This document shows positions 18,239 through 27,396 of a stretch of DNA of 64,000 nucleotides, in pieces (the first letter of the stretch is position 1; every line of letters begins with the position of its first letter). The stretch spans positions 50,523 through 114,522 of IMG/VR virus record IMGVR_UViG_3300036791_000264; one strand, given 5' to 3'. A model generated the notes under the pieces. The model ran no database searches and had not been told where the DNA came from. It saw nothing but the letters and a program-made list of their open reading frames with translations. The position numbers and the translations under genes were made by a program. This DNA is from a virus.

Positions 18239-18274
18239 AGTATAGCGCACATGTGTGTGCTTGCGGTGTCAGGT
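18239..18274 (-). promoter_or_regulatory. repeated promoter, class A
   Basis: ACCTGacACCGC-N8-ACATGTGCgcTATACT on minus strand; aligns without gaps to copies at 21857 and 26683. Confidence 0.7.
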
Positions 18275-18548
18275 GGGTGGGTTATCTTCTGCATTCATAC
18301 GGTCACGGAACCTGACTGCCTCCTTGTACACGTCGAAGGCTTCCTGCTCGTTGGTTTCGTCCTTGTAGACCACCCACAGCGGGTACGAATGGGTCTGAAG
18401 GCCAGGGCACAGGTAGCCTTGTTTGCCTTCGCGGATCGCCCTGTCACGCTCCCACAGTTCACCGCGGTAATGCTGAGGATTGCGTCCCAGGCGCATGGGG
18501 TGAGGCTCTTCACATTCTGTGAGGGCCTCCTCCCGTTGGATGACCCAT

Positions 18549-18854
18549 TTACCCATTGGTGGTCTCGATCAGGTTGATGCTCTCGCCCTCCCCACCGCAG
18601 CCCTCGCAGTGGAAGAGGTCGCCCTCGTCATACTGACGGGTGGGACGAGGGTTGAAGCGCAGCCTGGTGTCTTCGCAGTAGGGACAGTGAGGCTTGGCTC
18701 GCTCCTTACGGATGGCGTCGAGCATTGAGTCCTTGTGCGTGATGCCCCAGGCCAGCACCAGGCCAGGGACATGTTGCCAACCCCAGCCGATCAGGTCAGC
18801 GAGTTCTTCGTCTGGCTCACCCTCAGGCCACTCGGAGTCGTATTTAGGGGTCAT
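18549..18854 (-). CDS. Zn-finger hypothetical protein
   Basis: CPYC ... CEGC. Confidence 0.55.
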   Translation of the reverse strand: MTPKYDSEWPEGEPDEELADLIGWGWQHVPGLVLAWGITHKDSMLDAIRKERAKPHCPYCEDTRLRFNPRPTRQYDEGDLFHCEGCGGEGESINLIETTNG

Positions 18855-19201
18855 GACAGCAGCGCCGCCATGGGCTTGGGTGACCAGTACAGGTCTCGCT
18901 CGATGGGCAGGCCCATCAGGCCACGGTGGTCGACCAGTTCGTTCAGCCAGATGTCGCCGGCCTCGGGGCCATGACCCAGGTCAGCTACGCCGTAGGCAAT
19001 GAAGTTGCCGTCCTCGTCCTGGTCGACTGACGCCAGGTACCACGTACCAGAGCCGGTCGGATCGAACAGCTTGATCTTGCAGATGATGCCCTTGAAGTTC
19101 TCCTCATCGGGTAGCTCTGCGAACGTGGGCATGTGGTCAGCCTTGCGGACGTAGCGGTACGCAGGGCGCTTCTGGAATGTGCTGGTGATCTCGATGGTCA
19201 T
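18851..19201 (-). CDS. DUF2958-like protein
   Basis: KLFDPTGSGTWYL...YGVADLGHGPEAG.I.L.EL...GLPIERDLYW. Confidence 0.8.
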   Translation of the reverse strand: MTIEITSTFQKRPAYRYVRKADHMPTFAELPDEENFKGIICKIKLFDPTGSGTWYLASVDQDEDGNFIAYGVADLGHGPEAGDIWLNELVDHRGLMGLPIERDLYWSPKPMAALLS

Positions 19202-19582
19202 GACTTGGCCTCCTCCAGGCAGGCGGGGCAGGGCGGGCGCTCGTGGCCGGGGAAGTCCCAGGCATCGGACAGGACCGCCCCACACAGGGGCAGGTCGCCC
19301 TTCTCGGGCGGGATGCCCAGGAAGGTGCGGAAGATGTGGTTGTAGCTCTCAGCGTCCATCAGAATGGCTCCTCTTCTCCGGTGTAGCTCTCGTGTTGCAC
19401 GGTCTGGCCCAGGCGGGCCTGGATCTCAGCCTGGTGGTCATTCCAGGCGTCGGCGGTGACCTGGCTCACTTCACAGTTGCCATGGCACACCGGGCAGGGG
19501 ATGGTTGGCTCGGGGCAGTTGCGGGCGCCCCAGCGAGGGTGGCGAATCTCGCCATAGCCCTCGCACTCGGGGCACTCCACCA

Positions 19583-20542
19583 TCACGCCGCCCCCTCTTC
19601 CTTGTCAGCGAACGTGGTGCCCACGATGCGGTCGACCGCCTTCTGAGCGGCGCTGGCAGCCTTGATGATCAGGTTGCTGTCGCCCTCCAGGGCCTTGACC
19701 CAGTGGGCCAGGTAGCTGGCGCTGTTGTCGAGCGTGGCAGCCTGCTCGATGCCGGCGATGGCGCAGAGGATGGCCGCACCAAGTTCCGCCACCAGTTCCT
19801 CATTGCTGTAGATCTTGTCACCAAAGGCGCCGAACGTGCCCTGGGCGATGCCCTCCCTCTTCAAGCGAGAGTCATGGCCCGTGGAGTGGGTCAACTCGTG
19901 GTAGAGCGTGCTGTACCAGGCTTCCGCGGACACGAAGTCAGCGAACTGAGGCATCTGGACATGGTCGGTAGCGGGCCGGTAGAACGCCTTGTCGCCACCC
20001 TGGCTCAGCGAGGGGCCATGGGCCAGGTACTCCGCGACGAGAGCCTCAGCGGCCTCGATGGGGTCAGCGCCCTCGACAGGCTCAGCGACCTGGGGCAGCT
20101 TGGCGCCCTCAGTCCAGTCAGCCTGCTCGATGTTGAACACATGGAAGAGGCGCAGCAAGGGGATCTTCTTGACCTTGCCCTCGCCATCGGTCTTCTCGAT
20201 GATCTTCCAGAACACGATCTCGGTGGACTTCTCACCCTTGCGGACTTGTCCCCCCCGCTCGGAGATCTGCTTGTAGGTGCCCCACAGGTTGGAGGTGTAG
20301 CCCGCGGCCACGCCTGTGAGCCACAGGGTGAACACGTTCACGCCCCGGTACGGACGACCGGTGGACAGCGAGGTGGGCAGGTCAGAGGAGCCATTGCTCT
20401 TCCAGGTCTTGTGCCAGGGCACGGTGCCGGCCTTGAGGGCGGCGATGATCTTGTTGGTGGTCTCAGCGGCAGCGTCGCGCACCACGCGGGTGACACGGCC
20501 CTTGTTCTGGATCTTGGACTTGGATGCGGTTGCGGTAGCCAT
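19583..20542 (-). CDS. ardC: ArdC-like antirestriction ssDNA-binding protein (ArdC-N + zincin metallopeptidase)
   Basis: GTVPWHKTW, YRGVNVFTL, TYKQ...GGQVRKGEK, FHVFNIEQ, AFYRPATDHVQMP, HELTHSTGH, EELVAELGA; leaderless start ATG 20542. Confidence 0.92.
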   Translation of the reverse strand: MATATASKSKIQNKGRVTRVVRDAAAETTNKIIAALKAGTVPWHKTWKSNGSSDLPTSLSTGRPYRGVNVFTLWLTGVAAGYTSNLWGTYKQISERGGQVRKGEKSTEIVFWKIIEKTDGEGKVKKIPLLRLFHVFNIEQADWTEGAKLPQVAEPVEGADPIEAAEALVAEYLAHGPSLSQGGDKAFYRPATDHVQMPQFADFVSAEAWYSTLYHELTHSTGHDSRLKREGIAQGTFGAFGDKIYSNEELVAELGAAILCAIAGIEQAATLDNSASYLAHWVKALEGDSNLIIKAASAAQKAVDRIVGTTFADKEEGAA

Positions 20543-20580
20543 GTGTCTACTATACCAGAGTGAGCAGTCGCATGTGGTCA
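20543..20580 (-). promoter_or_regulatory. leaderless promoter of ardC, class B
   Basis: TGACCACATGCGACTGCTCACTCtggTATAGT then 6 nt then ATG; matches 23512-23550. Confidence 0.7.
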
Positions 20581-20786
20581 CCTACGCAGATTTCTTTGGC
20601 TCCTGCTCTTGGAGTTCCAGGCGCGCCGGTTCCCGATGTGGAAGCACCCACACCAGGCGCACTTGAAGGCATAGGTGAAGGCGCCCTTGGATCTCAGGCC
20701 AGACGCGGCAGCAGAGGCAGCCCGCCTGGTGGCGTACTGCCTCTTGCCGGTGACACAATCGGAGCCTTCAGCGGCCACGTCACACC

Positions 20787-21146
20787 TCAGTCGTCAGGCT
20801 TTACTTCGGTGCCCCCACAGTCGATGCAGTGGTCATTCTCCCAGTACTTGCAGCCACAGTTCAGGCAGCGGTCGCAGCCCTCCAGGCGTACTCGGTTGTT
20901 CAGGTCGCGAGCAGGCTCAGCGATGTCAGGCTCAGCGGCAGCCTTGAGCTTGCTGTCCACGTCCTCCAGGCGGCGCAGGAGGTGTTCGTGCTGGAGGATG
21001 GTGTCAATGCTCTTCTGATTCTGGCCCTTGCACTTGTCACGGGCCTTTTCGTGGTGTCGGCCCGCGACTGAGATGGCATAGCGCAGCCGCCAGTAGTCAT
21101 CCTCGGAGAGGGTGACGGTGATGTTGTTGTACTGGTCGACGCTCAT
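20787..21146 (-). CDS. hypothetical protein with C-terminal Cys cluster
   Basis: GCDRCLNCGCKYWENDHCIDCG. Confidence 0.6.
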   Translation of the reverse strand: MSVDQYNNITVTLSEDDYWRLRYAISVAGRHHEKARDKCKGQNQKSIDTILQHEHLLRRLEDVDSKLKAAAEPDIAEPARDLNNRVRLEGCDRCLNCGCKYWENDHCIDCGGTEVKPDD

Positions 21147-21475
21147 GACTCCTTCTCACCCTGCTCTCCCACCAGGACAGCGATGAGGTTGGCGCTGTTC
21201 CACTTGTGGCTGGTGGTGCCGGTCTCGGGCAGCGCCCAGCGCTTGCCATTGCTCATGCCGAACACGCCAGCAGTGGCGTCCTCGCCAGCGACGAAGCTGT
21301 GGATGTCCACGCTCAGGTGGTCGCCCAGCCCCAGCGGGTTGACGATCACGGTCTTGTCGCCATGGCGGATGATGATGAAGGGAGAGGGATCGTCCTGCGT
21401 CACGTTGATCTCGGTGACGGGATGCTCCTCGTTGGCGTTGTACTCAGCGAGGAACTCGTTCAGGTTGCGGGACAT
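21143..21475 (-). CDS. hypothetical protein
   Basis: AGGAG SD; first gene of the leftward operon. Confidence 0.6.
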   Translation of the reverse strand: MSRNLNEFLAEYNANEEHPVTEINVTQDDPSPFIIIRHGDKTVIVNPLGLGDHLSVDIHSFVAGEDATAGVFGMSNGKRWALPETGTTSHKWNSANLIAVLVGEQGEKES

Positions 21476-21856
21476 GGTGCGTGGCTCCTGGTGTGGTAGC
21501 GGGATTGACAGGGGTCACTCTACAGGACCGCGACACGTCAGACACATCATTCGCATGTGCCATTGGTCACACGTAACTGCTCGCACTCGCATGCTGACCC
21601 CTGCTCGTTTGCCTTGAGAGGCCCCTGTACGCCTCTGTGTGGCTCGCACCCCCTGTTCGGGGGCAACCACCCACGGGAGAGGCTCCTGGGGCCACACAGG
21701 GGAAATGGGTGTCGGTTCACCAGCCGAGAAACCCTTGCAGCACAAGGGAAATCTGCACATTGGCAGGTACACAGACATGCTCGCACTCACATGTATGGCT
21801 GATGCATTCCATACACCGCCCACGCTCAGGAGAAGAAATCTGGAGAAATCTGCCTA

Positions 21857-21897
21857 CCTGCTACCGCTCGCACTCGTATGTGCTGTACGGTGTGGAC
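21857..21897 (+). promoter_or_regulatory. leaderless promoter, class A
   Basis: ACCTGCTACCGCTCgcactcgtATGTGCtgTACGGT + 6 nt + ATG 21898. Confidence 0.7.
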
Positions 21898-22494
21898 ATG
21901 GCAAAGAACGCAAGCACCATCACCCCTGAACTGGAGGCCAAGGCACTGAGTGTCGTCGCCTCCCTGACTGGCCCCCCGGCTGGCTTCGTGCCCGCCACCC
22001 CAGGCCAGGTCACAGTCGGCCAAGTGGTCTCCTGCTGGGGCCACAACAAGCAGCGCGTGGGTGTCGTCACTGAGGTGACCAAGACCCGCCTCCATGTCCT
22101 CTTCACCACCCCTGGTGCCATCAAGGAGGCCCAGGACGGTACGGCTCGCACCCTGGCCCAGCCCACCGACGTGGAGAGCTACATCGCCGGGTACCGCCGC
22201 ACCTACACCAGCAACTACCTGTTCCTGATCGATGAGTCCCGTGACGCCACTGCCAAGTACGGCTGGAACTACAACCAGGGTGAGAAGGTGCGGGACCAGG
22301 AGTATCTGGTCAACAACGCGGACCGTCTGGCTGACCTGGAGGAGGAGGGCTTTGAGGCTCGCCTGGCCCGCCAGTCCCAGGCCCAGCTTGATGGCGTCCT
22401 CAAGAACAAGCTCGTGCCCTGGCAGGATCGGGTGGGCTACACCCACTCCTGGAAGAAGATCTCGGACTGCTACGTGGAGGAGGTGGTCGCCTGA
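21898..22494 (+). CDS. hypothetical protein
   Basis: MAKNAST...; start re-assigned to the leaderless ATG. Confidence 0.65.
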   Translation: MAKNASTITPELEAKALSVVASLTGPPAGFVPATPGQVTVGQVVSCWGHNKQRVGVVTEVTKTRLHVLFTTPGAIKEAQDGTARTLAQPTDVESYIAGYRRTYTSNYLFLIDESRDATAKYGWNYNQGEKVRDQEYLVNNADRLADLEEEGFEARLARQSQAQLDGVLKNKLVPWQDRVGYTHSWKKISDCYVEEVVA

Positions 22495-22515
22495 CGAATC
22501 TGATAATCTCCTGAT

Positions 22516-22558
22516 CCGCATGCATGTGACGCTACATGCATGCGGGATCGGGTAAGAT
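22516..22558 (+). promoter_or_regulatory. 12-bp inverted repeat followed by -10 TAAGAT
   Basis: CCGCATGCATGT-gacgct-ACATGCATGCGG (22516-22545); TAAGAT 22553-22558. Confidence 0.6.
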
Positions 22559-22591
22559 GGCACCACTACCACACAAGACCGAGAGGCACCG

Positions 22592-22921
22592 ATGTATCCC
22601 AGCAGCCCCACCACCTACAAACTCCCCTTTGACGACACCGTGCGCGTCGCCAGCAAGTGCCGGTACGTGCTAGTCCGGATCCCCAACAAGGGGGACGACC
22701 CCAAGCCTGAGATCCTGCTTCGCTCCGAGAATCTCGCCACCCTGGAGCGCAAGTACGACCCAGCCACCGACTACATCATCGACCAGGCTCGTGGCCTGGT
22801 GACCTACCACTTCAACGGCAAGCAGGAGCGCTTCGACGGCATCGAGGGCAAGCATGTGTACTACGGCTCGCCCCCCTTCGTGGTCTCCCACAGCTTGCAC
22901 GGTGGAAGGCAGATCCTCTGA
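22592..22921 (+). CDS. hypothetical protein
   Basis: GAGAGG SD; TGATG coupling to next gene. Confidence 0.6.
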   Translation: MYPSSPTTYKLPFDDTVRVASKCRYVLVRIPNKGDDPKPEILLRSENLATLERKYDPATDYIIDQARGLVTYHFNGKQERFDGIEGKHVYYGSPPFVVSHSLHGGRQIL

Positions 22922-23118
22922 TGGACATCCTGATCACCGTGACCGGTCTCGTTCGCGACGAGGGCACCCTGGTGCTGCTCTCCGGGCTGACCGAAGACAA
23001 CCGTGACGTGGTGTTCGCCTGTGAGCATCGCTACGCCCCCGACATCCTGGCCGCAGTCGAGGCTGGTGAAGAGCCGCTGGTGGAGGTGCCCAGCTACCTG
23101 CTGGTGGGCGGTCTCTGA
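22921..23118 (+). CDS. hypothetical protein
   Basis: TGATG coupling on both sides. Confidence 0.6.
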   Translation: MDILITVTGLVRDEGTLVLLSGLTEDNRDVVFACEHRYAPDILAAVEAGEEPLVEVPSYLLVGGL

Positions 23119-23384
23119 TGCCCAGGCGTGACTTCCCCAGCTTCGGCATGCTCACCGATGAGGGTGACATCGCCGTGCATCGCATGGTGACCTGCGTCGT
23201 CACTGACATCAACGCCGGCAGGATCCGCCGCATCGAGCTAGAGGGCCGGATCAAGCTGGGCTGCACCTGGGTGGACGAGACCGGTCACCGCGAGGTGTGG
23301 GGCACCCAGCCGCAGGGTGACATCGAGGACGCCATCAACCGAGCCTGCCTGGCCCAGGGCTGGCAGAGGGTGGTGGTGCCATGA
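23118..23384 (+). CDS. hypothetical protein
   Basis: TGATG coupling. Confidence 0.6.
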   Translation: MPRRDFPSFGMLTDEGDIAVHRMVTCVVTDINAGRIRRIELEGRIKLGCTWVDETGHREVWGTQPQGDIEDAINRACLAQGWQRVVVP

Positions 23385-23511
23385 TTCCTCGCCAGGGTGA
23401 CCAGCATGCCAGTGCGAACGCTGGTATGCTGGTCCCCGTGACCCCGTTGGGACTCCGAGACTGGGGCTGCCTTGAAATAAATCAGGGGATCAGCCAAGAA
23501 AATAGCCGGAA

Positions 23512-23550
23512 TGACCCACATACGTCTGCTCGCTCCCCTATACTGGCCCC
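23512..23550 (+). promoter_or_regulatory. leaderless promoter, class B
   Basis: TGACCCACATACGTCTGCTCGCTCcccTATACT + 6 nt + ATG 23551. Confidence 0.7.
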
Positions 23551-24501
23551 ATGGCACATGACATGACCCCCGACCAGCAGTACGACCTCGTGTATCAGGT
23601 CATCCGCGAGATCGCCGTCCGCTGTGACGGCGCCCAGTCCAAGGACTTCGTGGGCTTCAACGGTGTCGACTCCAAGTTTGGTCGCCGCATCGCCTCAGTC
23701 CCTCGTGACCAGTGGACCCCCGATGTCTGCCTGGAGGCTGCCCACATCGTCCTCAAGTACCGGGAGCAGGGCATCACCTACACCGGGGTGGATGTCGCCA
23801 CGCTCCCGGTGGTCAGGGATGCCCAGGACAACGGCACCAACTACGCCGCCCGCAACCAGGCCCGTGGGTACGAGAAGAGGGCCAAGGCCAAGGCCAACCG
23901 CAAGGTGATCGTGGTCGAGGGCAAGCTGGCCGTGGCCTGGGGCAGTGACCCGGACTTCTCTGACCTGCTGGACGCGGTCAAGAAGATCCCTGGCCGCGAC
24001 TACGTGAGCTACCCGGTGAAGGCCAACAAGGTCAACGCCTCCCCTGAACTGGACGCCTTCATCGACGCCTTCGACTTCACCGTGACCGATGAGGCCCGCA
24101 AGCTGCTGGAGGCCCCTCGTCAGGCGCCTCCGGTCCACTACGAGATCACGCTGGGCCAGGACGGCAAGGTCTACATCAAGACCGGCCTGACCGCTCCTGG
24201 TCAGCCGGCCTGTGACGCGGTCAAGGCCCTGCCTGGCCGGGGATTCGACCGGGCCAGCTACAGCAACTACGCCAACCCTCACCCCCAGGTGCTGGCCTTC
24301 GCTCAGACCTTCAAACTGAACGTCAGCCCGGACGCAGTCCAGGCTTGTGAAGCTGCCCAGGCTGCCCTGGAGGCCCGCCAGGTCGGTGGGCTGAGTGAGA
24401 CCGACGTCAAGACGGTCCTGCAAGAGGTCAGCCGCTGTGGCAAGCCTCAGGATCTGCCCCCCGTGTTCGTCGCCATGTTCAAGGAGATGATGGCCCGATG
24501 A
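23551..24501 (+). CDS. HARP-like repeat protein (putative stand-alone partner of the SNF2 helicase)
   Basis: CDGA..KDFVGFNGVD motif; two repeats DAVKKIPGRDY and DAVKALPGRGFD. Confidence 0.55.
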   Translation: MAHDMTPDQQYDLVYQVIREIAVRCDGAQSKDFVGFNGVDSKFGRRIASVPRDQWTPDVCLEAAHIVLKYREQGITYTGVDVATLPVVRDAQDNGTNYAARNQARGYEKRAKAKANRKVIVVEGKLAVAWGSDPDFSDLLDAVKKIPGRDYVSYPVKANKVNASPELDAFIDAFDFTVTDEARKLLEAPRQAPPVHYEITLGQDGKVYIKTGLTAPGQPACDAVKALPGRGFDRASYSNYANPHPQVLAFAQTFKLNVSPDAVQACEAAQAALEARQVGGLSETDVKTVLQEVSRCGKPQDLPPVFVAMFKEMMAR

Positions 24502-24950
24502 CTCGCACCGACCCCACCTACTGGGACGCTCCCGACACCGCATGCATGCCATGCCGGGGTCGGGGCTGGATCATCCAGGAGGATCCCTCCGGTGCCCCCA
24601 GCACCCAGGTCACATGCCCCTACTGCCATGGCAAGCAGACCTCGTGGTGGGTGGCGCCCAACCGCCAGAAGAGGATCATCCGCCCCCGCGTCCGCATGCT
24701 GCTCATCCTGGCCTGGATCACCTACAGCATCTTCCCCTCGCACCACTTCGTGGCTCACATGCTCCTGCTCATCCCCCTGGTGGCCGTCCTCCTGGTCATG
24801 TGGCTGAAGCCAGCCCTGTGGCCCAAGCTGCCCCGGCGCCAGCATGCCCCAGGCTTCACCGACAACCGTGAGAAGGTGGCTCTGGGTCTCTTCGCCGGGG
24901 TGGTGGCAGCCCGCAGCCTGTTCGGCAACAGCAAGCACAGGGGGTTCTGA
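24498..24950 (+). CDS. membrane protein with N-terminal DnaJ-type CxxCxGxG motifs
   Basis: CMPCRGRG, CPYCHGK; two hydrophobic segments. Confidence 0.55.
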   Translation: MTRTDPTYWDAPDTACMPCRGRGWIIQEDPSGAPSTQVTCPYCHGKQTSWWVAPNRQKRIIRPRVRMLLILAWITYSIFPSHHFVAHMLLLIPLVAVLLVMWLKPALWPKLPRRQHAPGFTDNREKVALGLFAGVVAARSLFGNSKHRGF

Positions 24951-24991
24951 GAAATGCATGAACCTGCTCACACAAGTATGTGGTCATACGG

Positions 24992-25004
24992 TACGATGGG
25001 AGAC
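24992..25004 (+). promoter_or_regulatory. leaderless -10 element
   Basis: TACGAT + 7 nt + ATG 25005; upstream ACCTGCTCAC and ATGTGGTCA motifs. Confidence 0.6.
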
Positions 25005-26537
25005 ATGGCACATGACATCGATCCTGTTCTGAACTTCGACCGCTACCTCCCTGAGGGCCAGCACCTCTACGACTTCCAGCATGTGGGTGTGGCCTACGCC
25101 CTGTGGGCCACCCGTGAGGGCAAGGGCGCCTGGATTGCTGACGAGCAGGGGCTGGGCAAGACGGCCCAGGCCATTGCCGCCCTGCTGGCCGACGCCGCCC
25201 ATAAGGGCCAGGAGGTCAACGCCCTGATCGTGGTCAAGGCCAGCATCAAGGCCAACTGGGCCAAGGAACTGGCCCGGTTCGCCCCTGACCTGGACGTCCA
25301 GGTGCTGGGTGGCACCCGCCCCTACCAGATCCTGGGCCAGGTCGCCATCATCTCGTTCAACCTGCTGAAGGTGTGGAGTGACGCCCTGGTCGACCGGGGT
25401 TTCACCAGCCTGATCATCGATGAGAGCCACAACGTCAAGGACGCCAAGACCCAGCAGACCAAGGCTGCCCTGAAGGTCGCCGCCGACATCCGCAGCCGGC
25501 AGGGCATGGTGCTGCTGCTGTCTGGCACGCCTCTCCTGAATCGCCCGGTCGAGTTGGTATCCCAACTCCAGATGATGGGGCGCCTGGAGGACGTGTCCCC
25601 GGCTCCCTGGGGCAAGGCCAACCCCACCGCCCGTGACTGGGAGTACGCCTTCATGATGACCTTCTGTGACCCCAGCAAGAATGCCTACGGCAAGTACGAG
25701 TTCAAGGGCGGCTCCCGCCTCCACCTCCTCAACAGCAACGTCCGCTCTGAGTGCTGCATCCGCCGCCTTCGCAACGAGGTGCTGGACATGGACGACACCC
25801 ACCGGGTGCCGGTCAGCCTGAGCCTCAACGGTGACCTGGACCCCTACTGGGCCACCGAGAAAAACTTCGTGCCCAAGAATGAAAACTCAGCCACCATCGA
25901 ACTGATCGGTCAGCTTCGCAAGGCCATCTCGACCTGCAAGATCCCTGCCGCCATTGAGTGGATCAAGGACTTCCTGGCCGAGAACGAGGGCAAGAAGCTG
26001 GTGGTGTGGGCTGACCACATCGAGGCCCAGGTGGAGGTCACCAACGCCCTCCAGGCTGCCGGCATCCGGGCCACCTACCTGAAGGGCGCCCAGGACAAGG
26101 GCCGGATCGAGGAAGCCAAGGAAGCCTTCAACCAGGGTGACACCCAGGTGCTGGTGTGCAGCCTGAAGGCGCACGGGTTCGGTCACACCTTCACCGGCAA
26201 CGGTCACAACGTCACCGACTGCCTATTTTTGGAGCAGCCCTGGCACCCTGGTGCGGTCACCCAGGCTGAGGATCGTATCAACCGCATCGGCCAGAACGCT
26301 GAGGCCGTCTTCGCCCATACGCTCCTGGTGCCTGGCACCATCGATGAGTGGCTCTCAGACCTGATCAACGCCAAGTGGGCCACGTTCAAGGCTGCGGTGG
26401 ACGGCTCCATCCCCACCTGGGAGCAGGATGACATCATGACCCTGCTGGCTGCCAAGCTGGAGGCCCACCTCCGGGCCAAGTACGGTGACAACCACCCGGC
26501 TCTGCCCCGTCCTGCCCAGGAGGGTGACATCGCCTGA
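25005..26537 (+). CDS. SNF2-family (SMARCAL1/HARP-like) helicase/ATPase
   Basis: IADEQGLGKT, IIDESH, LLSGTPLLNRPVEL, IRRLRNEVL, GFGHTFT, WHPG...QAEDRINRIGQ. Confidence 0.92.
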   Translation: MAHDIDPVLNFDRYLPEGQHLYDFQHVGVAYALWATREGKGAWIADEQGLGKTAQAIAALLADAAHKGQEVNALIVVKASIKANWAKELARFAPDLDVQVLGGTRPYQILGQVAIISFNLLKVWSDALVDRGFTSLIIDESHNVKDAKTQQTKAALKVAADIRSRQGMVLLLSGTPLLNRPVELVSQLQMMGRLEDVSPAPWGKANPTARDWEYAFMMTFCDPSKNAYGKYEFKGGSRLHLLNSNVRSECCIRRLRNEVLDMDDTHRVPVSLSLNGDLDPYWATEKNFVPKNENSATIELIGQLRKAISTCKIPAAIEWIKDFLAENEGKKLVVWADHIEAQVEVTNALQAAGIRATYLKGAQDKGRIEEAKEAFNQGDTQVLVCSLKAHGFGHTFTGNGHNVTDCLFLEQPWHPGAVTQAEDRINRIGQNAEAVFAHTLLVPGTIDEWLSDLINAKWATFKAAVDGSIPTWEQDDIMTLLAAKLEAHLRAKYGDNHPALPRPAQEGDIA

Positions 26538-26569
26538 GGGTCATGTGCCAACATAACCTCAGGTTGAAA

Positions 26570-26597
26570 CCAGGAGGCCCCTACGGGGGTCTCCTGG
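26570..26597. terminator. GC-rich hairpin after the helicase
   Basis: CCAGGAGGCCCC-TACG-GGGGTCTCCTGG. Confidence 0.6.
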
Positions 26598-26682
26598 CGC
26601 GTCTGGCCCAGGAATGGCCCATGGTGCCATACGTGACCACCGGGCCGCACAGAGCCGCACAGGCCCCGGAGAAAAGATGCCA

Positions 26683-26724
26683 ACCTGCTACCGCTCACGT
26701 TCACATGTGCCCTATGATGGAGGC
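26683..26724 (+). promoter_or_regulatory. leaderless promoter, class A
   Basis: ACCTGCTACCGCTCacgttcACATGTGCccTATGAT + 6 nt + ATG 26725. Confidence 0.7.
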
Positions 26725-27369
26725 ATGGCACATGACTCAGATCCCATCACCGCTACCTACGAGGGCTTCACCGTCATCTACGACGGTCGCGGCATCGCCG
26801 CCTGCCACGAGCAGGTCGACGCCCTGCACCGCCAGGCTCAGGGCCTTGCCCCTCGCTTCGCGGATGACACCGCCGACTCAGGCTGCACCAACTACGGCGA
26901 TCTCAAGGGCGCCGGCCCCCGCCAACTGAAGGCGTACGCCCTGATCGCCCAGGCCCACGCCTGGAACGAGATCGCCGGCATCCTGGAGCAGGCCAGGGAC
27001 GCCCGCAACGCCCCCCGCACCGATGACCGCGGTGTCCGCTACGTGGAGGCCGGCGCCCCTGCCCCTCGCTCCTTCGCTGACCCCGTCACCTGTGGCACCT
27101 GTGGCCGCACCTGGGACGACAAGGTGCCCACCGGGGTCACGCCGGCTCCTGCCGCCCGCTGCCCCTTTGAGTACGACCACGAGGATCTGGTGGATGACGA
27201 GCCTGTCCACCCCTGGCAGGCTCAGGTCAACGTCGTCCACGGCACCCCCCGCCTTGTGACAGACGCACAGCTACAGGCAGCCTTCCTGGCTGCTCGCCGG
27301 CACGGTGTGATCCTCCAGGATGATGTCCTGCGGGCCATCATCGCCGCTGCCCAGGAGGTTCGCCCCTGA
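26725..27369 (+). CDS. hypothetical protein with CxxC...CPFEY motif
   Basis: starts MAHDSDP; CGTCGRTWDD...TPAPAARCPFEYDH. Confidence 0.65.
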   Translation: MAHDSDPITATYEGFTVIYDGRGIAACHEQVDALHRQAQGLAPRFADDTADSGCTNYGDLKGAGPRQLKAYALIAQAHAWNEIAGILEQARDARNAPRTDDRGVRYVEAGAPAPRSFADPVTCGTCGRTWDDKVPTGVTPAPAARCPFEYDHEDLVDDEPVHPWQAQVNVVHGTPRLVTDAQLQAAFLAARRHGVILQDDVLRAIIAAAQEVRP

Positions 27370-27396
27370 GACCAGCCGACACCAACACAAGCACAC

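Noticed and set aside
19505-20563. Long antisense ORFs (also 23695-24552, 24984-25802, 32043-33146, 43971-44807, 50248-51048)
   Set aside because: Shadows of well-supported genes on the opposite strand, expected from high-GC codon bias; no recognisable motifs
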